DNA from: Candidatus Uhrbacteria bacterium
Lineage (GTDB): Bacteria; Patescibacteriota; Patescibacteriia; UBA9934; GWF2-40-263
Direction: 5' to 3'
NCBI GenBank assembly: GCA_018700535.1
Contig: JABITQ010000072.1
Location: forward strand, 1-54,077
Length of the DNA: 54,077 nt
Each line of letters begins with the position of its first letter. Position 1 is the stretch's first letter. Below, in pieces: positions 1-9,098 of this stretch. The notes beneath the pieces are model-generated. The model did no database searches, was not told the origin of the DNA, and saw nothing but the letters and a program-made list of their open reading frames with translations. The position numbers and the translations under genes were made by a program.

Positions 1-443
1 AGATGTTTGGGAAGATCATGAGCTGGACCGATGGGATGATCGTTGGTGGGTTCGAGCTTTTAACTGATTCAGATGTGAGTGAGATTGAGGATGCGCTTAA
101 GGGTGGGGTAAACCCACGAGAGGTGAAGGCGCGGCTTGCGAGTGCGGTTGTGGCGTTTTACTTTGATGAAAATGAAGGAGCTGAGGCGAGTAAGAGGTTC
201 GATCAGCTATTTCAAAAGAAAGAGGTACCAGATGATGTTGCGGAGGTTTCGATTAAAGGCTCGATGAACATTGTCGACGTACTTGTTGAGACAGAACTTG
301 CGAAATCGAAATCAGAAGCACGTCGTTTGATTGATGGAAAGGGGGTGAAGGTGAACGAGGTGGCTGTTGAAAATTATGACCATGAGGTTTTGAAGGGGGC
401 GTTGATTCAGAAAGGGAAGCGGCATTTTGTGCGTGTAAAATAG
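1..443 (+). CDS. tyrS: tyrosyl-tRNA synthetase, C-terminal fragment (5' end lies outside the window)
   Basis: The frame is open from the window edge to TAG 441-443. It contains an anticodon-binding helical region (NPREVKARLASAVVAFYFDE) and a C-terminal S4-like domain (SKSEARRLIDGKGVKVN) typical of bacterial TyrRS. Confidence 0.75.
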   Translation, partial: MFGKIMSWTDGMIVGGFELLTDSDVSEIEDALKGGVNPREVKARLASAVVAFYFDENEGAEASKRFDQLFQKKEVPDDVAEVSIKGSMNIVDVLVETELAKSKSEARRLIDGKGVKVNEVAVENYDHEVLKGALIQKGKRHFVRVK

Positions 444-463
444 GTGCTAGAGAGTTTTTGGTT

Positions 464-1138
464 ATGAAGAAAAAATCACCTGAACAGATTGGTAAAGGAA
501 TGGGCGCATGGTCTAAAGGTCTTCAGGCTACATCGCCAGAACTCGCTCAAAAACTTGACCGTCCACGATCTGAAGGTTGGGAGATGCTTGAGGAAATAGA
601 TTTACCGCGATACAAGCGCGTTCAGGTTTCTGCTGAGGAGTTTTTGCAAGATCCTGCTTTGATAACAAAAGACATTCCTTCAGAACGTTTATTTGTATTC
701 CTCCAACCGAAGGAAGGGGTTCCTGTGCGGAAGACGAAGCTTTCTTTGGATGAAGCTGTGGAATTTGTTCGTACGACTGTTAAATCCAGTCCTGATGCGT
801 GGGAGGTTTTTGTTTCTGAAACAGAGGAGGAAAAGTTTGGTGGAAATATTGCTGTAGATAAAGATGGTCGAGCTATCATTGAGATGACGACCAAGGGGCA
901 GGGTGGGATCAGTGCCGGAACTGTTGTTCCAGAAATTCGCGCCTGGCAAGATCGTTTTTCAGGAATTTGGAAATACGACTCTGATGATGCAGATGAGCGG
1001 AGACTTGTTCAGTCTGTGATGAGAGATGTTCCGCGTGATGGGCGTGAGTATCTTCCTGGTTTGTACGAATTCCACCTTGTGCAACCAGATGAGGATGAGC
1101 CGATGGAGATCAAATTTATCGACTACGTTCCCGAGTAA
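464..1138 (+). CDS. hypothetical protein (about 224 aa)
   Basis: Long ORF. The track start at 458 is TTG; the first ATG is at 464. No family recognised and no SD. Confidence 0.6.
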   Translation: MKKKSPEQIGKGMGAWSKGLQATSPELAQKLDRPRSEGWEMLEEIDLPRYKRVQVSAEEFLQDPALITKDIPSERLFVFLQPKEGVPVRKTKLSLDEAVEFVRTTVKSSPDAWEVFVSETEEEKFGGNIAVDKDGRAIIEMTTKGQGGISAGTVVPEIRAWQDRFSGIWKYDSDDADERRLVQSVMRDVPRDGREYLPGLYEFHLVQPDEDEPMEIKFIDYVPE

Positions 1139-1153
1139 AGCTAGTGCAAAGCC

Positions 1154-1182
1154 TTGACATACCCCCATATAAATGCTAAACA
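1154..1182 (+). promoter_or_regulatory. sigma70-like promoter candidate (TTGACA-17-TAAACA)
   Basis: TTGACA at 1154-1159, 17-nt spacer, TAAACA at 1177-1182, directly after the stop of the 464-1138 gene. Confidence 0.35.
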
Positions 1183-1189
1183 TTCGTCG

Positions 1190-1322
1190 TTCTTGAGGTT
1201 TGGAATCATGTGTAAATCATGAGCTGTCTCTCTGCAACGGTGAGTCTCCCCCAACCCCGACAAGCCCGGTTTGCCCCAAGTGCACCCAAAACACCCACGT
1301 CAGAGAGCGTGGGTGTTTTTTA
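1190..1322 (+). ncRNA. candidate small RNA (~130 nt, C-rich) ending at an intrinsic terminator
   Basis: It lies between a promoter-like element and the hairpin ACACCCACG/CGTGGGTGT plus T6 (1291-1322). The body holds several C-runs (UCUCCCCCAACCCC, GCCCC, CACCC) and a UCAUG/CAUGA hairpin. The overlapping + ORFs (1200-1481, 1219-1410) look spurious. Confidence 0.3.
1291..1322. terminator. bidirectional intrinsic terminator between convergent genes
   Basis: 9-bp GC-rich stem (ACACCCACG..CGTGGGTGT). It has T6 on the + strand and TTTT on the - strand, and abuts the stop of the minus-strand gene at 1323. Confidence 0.7.
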
Positions 1323-2099
1323 TTATTCGATATTCAATTCTACAACCTTGAGCTTGCCTGTCTTTCGGTCAGTTCCGATTGCTGTTATCTCATCCGGTTT
1401 GTCTGGATGAAAATAAAGTGTGGTGTATTTGAGGTCTGGGGGATTCTCTATTTGTTCTGCGGACAACCCTTCATCTTTTAAAAGCTCTGCAAGTTCATCA
1501 CGTTTCTCTTTTAACCGTCGCTCTTCATATCCATTGTAGATATCTCTTGCGCTCGTCTCTTGTCCTTTGTTGCTAATAAGTTTTACTCGCGCTCCATCGA
1601 AGTTTAGGTTCGCTTCTCTGAGGCTGTCAGCAATTTGCTTAGCGGCTCTTTGACGCTGATCTTCAGAGTGAGGTTGTTGGCTCTTCTCTCTGTGGTTTCC
1701 CCAGGCAAGATTTGATCGTGGTGTGAGGTGGATCATTGCGCTGAGTGGTTTGTGGTCGTTTGTTGCTCCTTGTACAAAGACCGTTAAGCACCCAGACATT
1801 TCTTTTGTGATCATCTCTGTGCGACCAACAGTTATGAGTCCGGAGTCTGTTCTTGTGTTCCAGATTCGATCGTCATCTTTCGGCACTTCTTCAATGTCGA
1901 TTTCTCCTGTCTGTACAGCAACGTCCTCTTCAAGTTTTCTGCCTTCTTGATCTCGAATGGTCCACATGACGGGGATAGATCTCCGATCGATGCCTTGTTG
2001 GTACATACGTGTCAGCTCGCGCATCCTATCTTCATGGGATGGACGTTCGTGTTGAGGTCCTCGTTCTCTACCTCTGTGTTGTTCAGATGATCTGATCAT
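1323..2099 (-). CDS. hypothetical protein (258 aa, charged/helical)
   Basis: Long ORF with ATG at 2099. An extended -10 (TGGTATAAT, 2118-2126 on the minus strand) lies 18 nt upstream. No family recognised. Confidence 0.65.
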   Translation of the reverse strand: MIRSSEQHRGRERGPQHERPSHEDRMRELTRMYQQGIDRRSIPVMWTIRDQEGRKLEEDVAVQTGEIDIEEVPKDDDRIWNTRTDSGLITVGRTEMITKEMSGCLTVFVQGATNDHKPLSAMIHLTPRSNLAWGNHREKSQQPHSEDQRQRAAKQIADSLREANLNFDGARVKLISNKGQETSARDIYNGYEERRLKEKRDELAELLKDEGLSAEQIENPPDLKYTTLYFHPDKPDEITAIGTDRKTGKLKVVELNIE

Positions 2100-2191
2100 A
2101 GGTGTTATTTCAATAACATTATACCAAGATTCTTGCTGGTTTTGGTTCTTATTGCGGATCTAAGTATTTCTCGGTATCATTGTGCTGATTT

Positions 2192-3301
2192 ATGGGAACA
2201 CTTTTATTGTTTATCATCGTTTTGTCTCTACTGGTTTTTGTCCACGAACTTGGGCATTTTTTGATGGCAAAGAAGATGGGGATGCGTGTAGATGAGTTTG
2301 GGTTTGGTTTCCCGCCACGCTTGTTTGCTATTCGTAAAAACGGAACAGATTACTCGATCAACTGGATCCCGCTTGGTGGGTTTGTAAAAATCAAAGGAGA
2401 GTCTGGTGATCACAAGGGGGATAAAGATAGTTTTGCTTCAAAGAAATCATGGCAGCGTTTTGTTGTGCTGATTGCAGGTGTGGTGATGAACTTTTTTCTT
2501 GCGGCTGTGTTGTTGTCTGTTGGATTCATGATCGGCTTACCTGGAATGATCAGCGAAGACTTGCCGGCGAGTGCGCGTATTTCAGATCAGGCGATTCGTG
2601 TGATGCAGGTTGTCGAAGGTTCTCCGGCTGCGCTTGCGGGTGTGGTTGCTGGTGATGAGATTTTGTCTGTTGATGGTCAGGTGTTTACAGAGGACGCACC
2701 GTTACGTGAGTTGATCCAAACGTCAGCGGCAGATGGGCTTTCAATTGTTGTTGAAAACGAAGAAGGGGTTGCGCGTACGTACGAGCTAACCTCTGAGTAT
2801 CTTGAAGAGGCAGAAGCAACAGGAATCGGTTTGTGGTTTGTTGCAACGGGAACAGTCTCATATCCGTTCTTCCATGCGATCCTTCAAGGGGTTGCTGCAA
2901 CAGGTACAGTGACTTGGGAGGTGCTAAGTGCGTTTGGGGGATTGGTTCGCGATTTAGTTGTGAGTCAGGAGGTGAGTGTTGATCTTTCAGGGCCTGTGGG
3001 GATTGCAGTGATGACTGGTGAGGTGGCTGCGCTCGGGTTTATTTACTTGTTGCAGTTTACAGCGATCCTTTCTATCAACCTTGGAATCATCAATGCACTT
3101 CCGTTCCCAGCGCTCGATGGTGGGCGCATCCTTTTCTTAATTATTGAGAAGTTGCGTGGTAAGCCCGTGAATGGGAAGACTGAGGCGGTTGTTCACAATG
3201 TGGGCTTTATGTTCCTTATGGGGCTTGTTGTGCTTGTTACGTATAAAGATTTTGTTACATTCGGAGATGAAATACTTGGAGCTATTAAAGGGATTTTATG
3301 A
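2192..3301 (+). CDS. rseP: site-2 protease, M50 zinc metalloprotease (RseP family) with PDZ domain
   Basis: HELGHF zinc motif near the N-terminus, a central PDZ-like region, the NALPFPALDGG motif, and multiple TM helices. Confidence 0.9.
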   Translation: MGTLLLFIIVLSLLVFVHELGHFLMAKKMGMRVDEFGFGFPPRLFAIRKNGTDYSINWIPLGGFVKIKGESGDHKGDKDSFASKKSWQRFVVLIAGVVMNFFLAAVLLSVGFMIGLPGMISEDLPASARISDQAIRVMQVVEGSPAALAGVVAGDEILSVDGQVFTEDAPLRELIQTSAADGLSIVVENEEGVARTYELTSEYLEEAEATGIGLWFVATGTVSYPFFHAILQGVAATGTVTWEVLSAFGGLVRDLVVSQEVSVDLSGPVGIAVMTGEVAALGFIYLLQFTAILSINLGIINALPFPALDGGRILFLIIEKLRGKPVNGKTEAVVHNVGFMFLMGLVVLVTYKDFVTFGDEILGAIKGIL

Positions 3302-4344
3302 AAAATGATTTAGAAGAACTGAAAAACGACTTTCTAAAATTGGTGAAAGAGGTGGGTGATCGTGCTCAGCTTGAGGAGTTGAAGAACGAATTTTTGGGTC
3401 GTAAAGGAAAGATGAAAGGCCTCATGAAAGATATGGCTTCTCTTGCGAACGAGGAGCGTAAAGTGATTGGTGCGTTTGCAAACGAGATTAAAGAGTCTAT
3501 CGAGTCTGTGTTTGGTGAGCATGAGGAGCGTTTTGCAGCCGAAGAAGAATCCACACGCGCTGAGCGAGAGTGGGTTGATATTTCAGAGCCAGGGCGTTTT
3601 GAGGGTGCTGGGCATCTACATCCTGTGAGTCAGGCGATTGGTGAGATTACAGATATTTTTGCTCGTGTTGGTTTTACAGCCGTGCGTGCACCAGAGATTG
3701 ATTGGGATTATTACGCATTTGAGTCACTTAACCTTCCAAAGGATCATCCTGCACGTGATGATTGGGAGACGTTTTTTGTTGATGCTCCTGAAGGGAAAAA
3801 GGGAAAGATTGTGCTAACTCCACACACATCGAACTCACAGGTGCGCACAATGGAGACACAGGAGCCACCAATTAGAATGATCAACATTGGGCGTTGTTAT
3901 CGTCGGCAGATCGATATCACACACGTGCCGATGTTTCATCAGTTTGAAGGGCTGATGATCGACAAGGGAGTTTCCGTAACACACCTAAAGGGTGTGCTCG
4001 ATTATTTTGCAAAAACATATTTTGGTCCAGACCGTCGTACGCGTCTGCGGCCGCATCACTTCCGTTTTACCGAGCCGAGCTTTGAGGTTGATATTAGTTG
4101 TGGTGCTTGTGGGGGAGAGGAGCATGAGAATTGCAGAGTGTGTAAAGCTGGGTGGCTTGAGCTTGGAGGTGCCGGTATGGTGCATCCAAATGTGATCAAG
4201 GCCGGAGGACTCGATCCAGACGTCTATTCAGGATTCGCTTTTGGGTGGGGGGTCGAGCGCACGCTTATGATGCGATCCGGAATTAAGATCGGAGACATCC
4301 GGACGTTGTATAAAAACGATTTGAGGTTTGTAAAACAGTTCTAG
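3298..4344 (+). CDS. pheS: phenylalanyl-tRNA synthetase alpha subunit
   Basis: N-terminal coiled coil plus class II core motifs (HPARD, FRFTEPSFEVD, GWGVERTLM). ATGA overlap with rseP. Confidence 0.95.
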   Translation: MKNDLEELKNDFLKLVKEVGDRAQLEELKNEFLGRKGKMKGLMKDMASLANEERKVIGAFANEIKESIESVFGEHEERFAAEEESTRAEREWVDISEPGRFEGAGHLHPVSQAIGEITDIFARVGFTAVRAPEIDWDYYAFESLNLPKDHPARDDWETFFVDAPEGKKGKIVLTPHTSNSQVRTMETQEPPIRMINIGRCYRRQIDITHVPMFHQFEGLMIDKGVSVTHLKGVLDYFAKTYFGPDRRTRLRPHHFRFTEPSFEVDISCGACGGEEHENCRVCKAGWLELGGAGMVHPNVIKAGGLDPDVYSGFAFGWGVERTLMMRSGIKIGDIRTLYKNDLRFVKQF

Positions 4345-4345
4345 T

Positions 4346-6724
4346 ATGAATATTCTTGCATCGTACAATTGGATTAAGGAGTATCTTGATACAGATTTAT
4401 CTGCGGAGGTTTTTGCTGCAAAGACTACAGCAATTGGAAACTCGGTTGAGATGATCGAGAATGTTGCTGATCGATTTGAGAACATGGTTGTTGGGGATGT
4501 TGTAAAGCTTGAGGTTCATCCAAATGCAGACAAATTAAAGATCGCTCTTACAGACATTGGTGGAAAGAAAGTTAGAGTTGTTTGTGGGGGTGAGAACTTA
4601 GAGGAAGGCCAGAAGGTTGTTGTTGGGCTACCGGGGGCCAAGGTGCGCTGGCATGGTGAGGGAGATTTGATCGAGCTGAAAGAATCAGAGATCCGTGGAG
4701 AAAAAAGCCATGGAATGATTTGTGCGGCTAGTGAAATTGGTTTTGAAAAATTACCGCAGGAAGAAACAGATATCTGGGATATTTCTGCACTAACAGATGC
4801 AAAAGCGGGGACACCAATCGCAAAGGCGCTTGGACTCGATGATATCCTTTTTGATATTGAAGCAACGACGAATCGTCCAGACTGCAAATCGATTGTTGGT
4901 CAGGCGCGAGAGGGTGTTGCTGTTACCGGAGCAAAGTTTGAGGCCGAGCCACCACGTCCAGCTTTTGGAAAAGGGAATGGTGGGTTTACGGTTGATGTAA
5001 AAGATAAAGCGCTTTGTCCGCGTTATACCGCTGTGGTGATTGACGGCGTGACCGTTGGACCATCTCCGTGGTGGTTGCAGAAACGATTGCTACTTTCTGG
5101 CCATCGTCCAATCAACAACATTGTTGATGTGACTAATTACGTATTGCATGAGTTTGGACAGCCACTTCATACATTTGATGCAGATAAGCTTGCAGGCGAG
5201 AAGATTGTTGTTCGCAAAGCAAAGAAAGGGGAGAAGATGGTTGCGCTTGATGGCGAGGAGTACGAGCTAACTCCAGATATGCTGGTGGTTGCGGATTCTA
5301 AAAAGCCTGTTGCGGTTGCGGGTGTTATGGGTGGACTGCCGACCGGGACCACTGAAGAGACCACGAAGGTGGTGATTGAGTGCGCAGCATTCGACTCTGT
5401 TTCTGTGCGACGAACATCGCGTGCATTGAATCTGTACTCCGACTCACAATTGTTATTTGAAAAAGGATTGTCTACAGAAGCTCTTGATGCAGCAATGGCT
5501 CGCGCAATCGAGCTTATCATCGAGGTTGCTGGCGGTGTTGTTGTTTCAGATCTTATTGATGAGCGTGCGGGTAAGTACAAGACACTAAGCTTTCCGTTTG
5601 ATCCTGAGGTTGTTAATCAGCTTATTGGAATTGAAATTGAGACCAAGGAACAAACAACGATTCTTGAAAGTCTTGGTTTTGAAATGAAGGGCAAGGAAGT
5701 TGTTGTGCCTTACTGGCGTGACAATGACATCGAAGCGTCTGTTGATCTTACAGAGGAGATTGCGCGCGTGTATGGATACGAGAATCTTCCGTCAATTTTA
5801 CCTGAGGGTGCGCTTGCGAATATGAGCGAGAACGTATCGCTTGTGTGGCAAAGACGTGTGAAGGATCTGCTTGCTGGTGCTGGACTGGTTGAGGTTTACA
5901 GTTATGCGTTTATTTCAGTGCAGCAACTTGAGCGTTATTCTTTACCTACCAAAGATGCGGTGAAGCTTCGGAATCCACTTAGCAAAGACCACGAGTACAT
6001 GCGTCCATCGCTTGTTCCGAGCATGCTTACAGTGATTGAAGAGAACCAAGCGCGGGATGGTGCTGGAGACTTGTTTGAGTTCGCACCGGTTTATCATGCA
6101 AAAAAAGGAGACATCCCTGACCAGCCTTACGGTTTGTTGCTTGCAAGTTATGGGCAGGATGGAGCTGCTGGGTTTGTGCGTGCAAAGGGAATGTTGGAGC
6201 GATTGTTTGATCAGGTTGGTATTAACAATTGGGATCTTGCTCGTGATGCCGATGAAACACTTTGGCATGCTGGGCGATCAGCATCTGTGATTGTTGATGG
6301 TAAGTCAGTGGGAGTTATTGGTCAGGTTCGCAATTCAGTTGCGAAAGCATTCGGACTAGATGTAAGTGTTGTGTTGGTTGATTTAGATATCGAGTCACTC
6401 ATTCCGCAATTCACACAGAACAAATCGTACACTGAGATCCCACAGTTCCAAGAGGTAAAACGAGACCTCGCATTTGTCGTGCCTGAACGAACTGAGTTTG
6501 CTGCGGTTCGTGAAGCAGCACTTGCTGTTAGTGAGCTTGAGACCACACTCGACTTGTTCGACGTCTATCGCGGAAAGGGAGTTGATGACGACAAAAAGTC
6601 TCTCGCAATCCACATGACGTTTCGATCTGACGAACGAACACTTGGTGCAGCAGAAGTCGACGAAGAACTTTCAAAGATTCGCGGCGTGCTCGTAAAGAAG
6701 TTTGGTGCTATAATGAGATCATAA
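4346..6724 (+). CDS. pheT: phenylalanyl-tRNA synthetase beta subunit
   Basis: 792 aa with tRNA-binding, B3/4, B5 and FDX-ACB domains (ending KSLAIHMTFRS). Lies immediately after pheS. Confidence 0.95.
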   Translation: MNILASYNWIKEYLDTDLSAEVFAAKTTAIGNSVEMIENVADRFENMVVGDVVKLEVHPNADKLKIALTDIGGKKVRVVCGGENLEEGQKVVVGLPGAKVRWHGEGDLIELKESEIRGEKSHGMICAASEIGFEKLPQEETDIWDISALTDAKAGTPIAKALGLDDILFDIEATTNRPDCKSIVGQAREGVAVTGAKFEAEPPRPAFGKGNGGFTVDVKDKALCPRYTAVVIDGVTVGPSPWWLQKRLLLSGHRPINNIVDVTNYVLHEFGQPLHTFDADKLAGEKIVVRKAKKGEKMVALDGEEYELTPDMLVVADSKKPVAVAGVMGGLPTGTTEETTKVVIECAAFDSVSVRRTSRALNLYSDSQLLFEKGLSTEALDAAMARAIELIIEVAGGVVVSDLIDERAGKYKTLSFPFDPEVVNQLIGIEIETKEQTTILESLGFEMKGKEVVVPYWRDNDIEASVDLTEEIARVYGYENLPSILPEGALANMSENVSLVWQRRVKDLLAGAGLVEVYSYAFISVQQLERYSLPTKDAVKLRNPLSKDHEYMRPSLVPSMLTVIEENQARDGAGDLFEFAPVYHAKKGDIPDQPYGLLLASYGQDGAAGFVRAKGMLERLFDQVGINNWDLARDADETLWHAGRSASVIVDGKSVGVIGQVRNSVAKAFGLDVSVVLVDLDIESLIPQFTQNKSYTEIPQFQEVKRDLAFVVPERTEFAAVREAALAVSELETTLDLFDVYRGKGVDDDKKSLAIHMTFRSDERTLGAAEVDEELSKIRGVLVKKFGAIMRS

Positions 6725-6740
6725 TAGTTAGTAGGAGGAT

Positions 6741-7058
6741 ATGTTTTCACCATTAGATATTTTATACATCGTTCTTGCGTTTAGTATTTTGTGGCTTACC
6801 GCCGCAATCTTCTGGCTGGTGTGGCAAGTGGCGATGGTGATAAAAAATTTGAACGACGCCATTCAACTTGCGCAGGAGACGATGGGGAAGATTGAAGAAG
6901 CGTTAACTGGGATGCGCAAAAAGTTTGAGCATAGTAGCTCGGCGCTTGGGGCAGTGTTGCATACTGCGACGACAGCTGCGGACTTCATCATGGAGAAGAA
7001 AGCTAAGGCGAAAGCTAAGAAGACGGTGAAGGCGAAGGTAAAAACTAAGAAGAAATAA
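6741..7058 (+). CDS. small membrane-anchored helical protein with Lys-rich tail (DUF948-like architecture)
   Basis: N-terminal TM helix (ILYIVLAFSILWLTAAIFWLVW), a helical region, and a KKAKAKAKKTVKAKVKTKKK tail. AGGAGG lies only 2 nt from the ATG. Confidence 0.6.
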   Translation: MFSPLDILYIVLAFSILWLTAAIFWLVWQVAMVIKNLNDAIQLAQETMGKIEEALTGMRKKFEHSSSALGAVLHTATTAADFIMEKKAKAKAKKTVKAKVKTKKK

Positions 7059-7084
7059 ATAGGGCATTTGCCCTATTTTTGTTT
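7059..7084 (+). terminator. intrinsic terminator
   Basis: ATAGGGC-ATTT-GCCCTAT hairpin followed by TTTTTGTTT, directly after the stop at 7056-7058. Confidence 0.75.
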
Positions 7085-7119
7085 GATGTAGAGTAAATTG
7101 ATCTTACGACTGAGAAACC

Positions 7120-7165
7120 ATCGAAACAGAAAATCCACCCTCGAGCTATGCTCAAGGGTGGATTC
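7120..7165 (-). terminator. intrinsic terminator of the 7181-8380 gene
   Basis: Minus-strand hairpin AATCCACCCT..AGGGTGGATT followed by TTTCTGTTTCG. Confidence 0.6.
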
Positions 7166-7180
7166 GTTTCGTTGCGAGCT

Positions 7181-8380
7181 TTACGGCTGCGGCATGTTCG
7201 TCGGAGCGTTCATGCTGTGCCAGTGGTGCCCACCGTTGGTGGTGGTCCCCACAATTGCGTAGTTGTGCTGCACGTCAGTCGACACCATCCCCCAAGGCAT
7301 GGCCAAGTCGGAGTTGCTGACAGACAAGCGCTCACTCATCGCCAATGGGCTGTTGTCGCCCGTGATATACGACACGGACGTGACGTAGTTCTCGAATGTG
7401 AGCATTCCGTAGATCGAATTGCCAGGGTCCATAGGTCCATCGTCGATGGGGCCATCGTCCATCGGTCCATCGGATCCCGGGTCAGCAGTGGGATCGGTCG
7501 GATCACTGTCACCGGCGTAGCCCATTGGATCCATCGGGTCGTCCCCGATCATGAAGATGTCCGCGACACCGATGTTCATGGGGTCGAAGAACGTGACGTA
7601 CCGATTACCACCGGACGATTCCCAACCGAACCCGATCGGCAGACCTGTCGAGACACTGAGTCTCTCAAACAGGTCGTACACCTGGAGATAGTCCGGGTCG
7701 AAACCTGCGCTGAGCAGATATGTTCCCACACGACCGTCGCCCGAGGCAATGATGCCGTCGTCGTTGTCGTGGTTCTTGCACGGGTCGTCTTCTTCTGGAT
7801 GGTTCCAGCCGTAATCGCAGAGATCACAGTCATCACCAGAGTCAGCAACGTCACCGTCACCGTCACCCCAACCCCAGTCCCAGGAGCCTCCACCCATCTC
7901 TCCGCCGGGCTCCGTACCGAAGCCACCCATCTGACCGCCGTAGATACCAGCGGTGGTGGGCAAGGGGTATGGCGTGCCATACAGCAGATTGTCCATCGTC
8001 CCGGTCGGGAGGATGATGGTCGGGGGCATGATCATGGTGGGAAGCTGGGGCCTCAGAGCGTACTGGATCAACGCCTTGTGCAGCTCAAACAGTCGTGCCA
8101 CACCCAATTTCCACTCAGACACCGCTGTTTTCCAGATGGTGCCGTTGTAGGCAGATTGGGAGATTGTGACACCCAGCTCTTTGACAGTGATTACCAAGAC
8201 ATCGAACTCAGCTTGCGCTGCGGCAGCTTGTGCAGCCGTCGTGATGACGAGTCCACCATCGGCTGTGGCATGTGCCGGCGAAGAGCCGAAGTTGGCCACA
8301 GAATGCAGCACCTTGGCTGGATTGTGGAGCGTGGCACCCAACAGAAGGGCAGAGAGTGAGATAAAGAGTTTACTTCGCAT
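7181..8380 (-). CDS. secreted, highly acidic Asp/Gly/Pro-rich protein (399 aa), function unknown
   Basis: Signal-peptide-like N-terminus (MRSKLFISLSALLLGATL). GGAG lies 9 nt upstream of the ATG, and the gene has its own terminator. The mirror + strand ORF (7148-8359) is Arg/His/Val-rich, typical of antisense frames in GC-rich DNA. Confidence 0.7.
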   Translation of the reverse strand: MRSKLFISLSALLLGATLHNPAKVLHSVANFGSSPAHATADGGLVITTAAQAAAAQAEFDVLVITVKELGVTISQSAYNGTIWKTAVSEWKLGVARLFELHKALIQYALRPQLPTMIMPPTIILPTGTMDNLLYGTPYPLPTTAGIYGGQMGGFGTEPGGEMGGGSWDWGWGDGDGDVADSGDDCDLCDYGWNHPEEDDPCKNHDNDDGIIASGDGRVGTYLLSAGFDPDYLQVYDLFERLSVSTGLPIGFGWESSGGNRYVTFFDPMNIGVADIFMIGDDPMDPMGYAGDSDPTDPTADPGSDGPMDDGPIDDGPMDPGNSIYGMLTFENYVTSVSYITGDNSPLAMSERLSVSNSDLAMPWGMVSTDVQHNYAIVGTTTNGGHHWHSMNAPTNMPQP

Positions 8381-8583
8381 TGGTCGGATCTCCGTGAGAA
8401 TATGTGTGCATCAGACCGCCTGATACACACGGTTTTGCTGAGGTTGTCCCAGCGGTAAAATCTATGAATATTTCTCATAGATTCAACCTCTAAAACAACG
8501 CAGGCGCGGACAATGTCATATAGAGCGCTTTTTGTCAATAGCCATAGGGTTAACCGATCTCCAAATAGCCTTATATTGCTGGT

Positions 8584-8630
8584 AAAAACAAGACGCCACC
8601 CGGGAGTTACCAGGTGGCGCTTTTTCGTTT
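8584..8630. terminator. bidirectional intrinsic terminator
   Basis: GACGCCACCCGGG..CCAGGTGGCGC hairpin with T-runs on both strands, just after the stop of the 8636-9064 gene. Confidence 0.7.
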
Positions 8631-8635
8631 TCGTT

Positions 8636-9064
8636 TCAGACTCGGTCTATGGAGGCAACGCCTTCGATTTGCCCGATTCGCTGAAAGAGTTCTCGGATAA
8701 GAGTTCGCTGTGTCTCTTCCGGAACATCGTCATCAAAGCTGATGGCGAGCGTTGCAGAAGGAGCGAGAATGTTCATCGACTCGATTTTGCCACAGAAGCC
8801 AGTGATATCCCTGACGAAATCTTCGTAGGAAATGTCGGCACCTTCGAGAATGTTCATCATCTCGGTCTGTTCCCAGATGCGTTCATTGAGCAATCGGTTC
8901 AGGCGTCGAATTTCAGTAGCTGGTCCACTGTACGTTTGTTCCAATGGCCGGAGCTTGAAACGACTGCCTCGCAGCAACAACTTCAGGGCTTCGAATTCTT
9001 CGATGACTGGCCTGGTGGAAAAGGTGATCTGGAGTACTAGTAGATCAAGTTTGCGGGGTGACAT
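8636..9064 (-). CDS. hypothetical protein (142 aa)
   Basis: ORF with AGGAG 5 nt upstream of the ATG at 9064. The overlapping + ORF 8513-9040 runs through the terminator hairpin and was rejected. Confidence 0.65.
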   Translation of the reverse strand: MSPRKLDLLVLQITFSTRPVIEEFEALKLLLRGSRFKLRPLEQTYSGPATEIRRLNRLLNERIWEQTEMMNILEGADISYEDFVRDITGFCGKIESMNILAPSATLAISFDDDVPEETQRTLIRELFQRIGQIEGVASIDRV

Positions 9065-9098
9065 GCATTCTCCTATGGGGGGTGTTGATTGTTTGCTC

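Noticed and set aside
7148-8359. 403-aa + strand ORF mirroring the 7181-8380 gene
   Set aside because: Its Arg/His/Val-rich composition is typical of an antisense frame in GC-rich DNA, and it has no SD or promoter. The minus-strand frame has a signal peptide, an SD and a terminator.
8513-9040. 175-aa + strand ORF
   Set aside because: It runs straight through the bidirectional terminator hairpin (8584-8630) and is antisense to an SD-preceded minus-strand gene.
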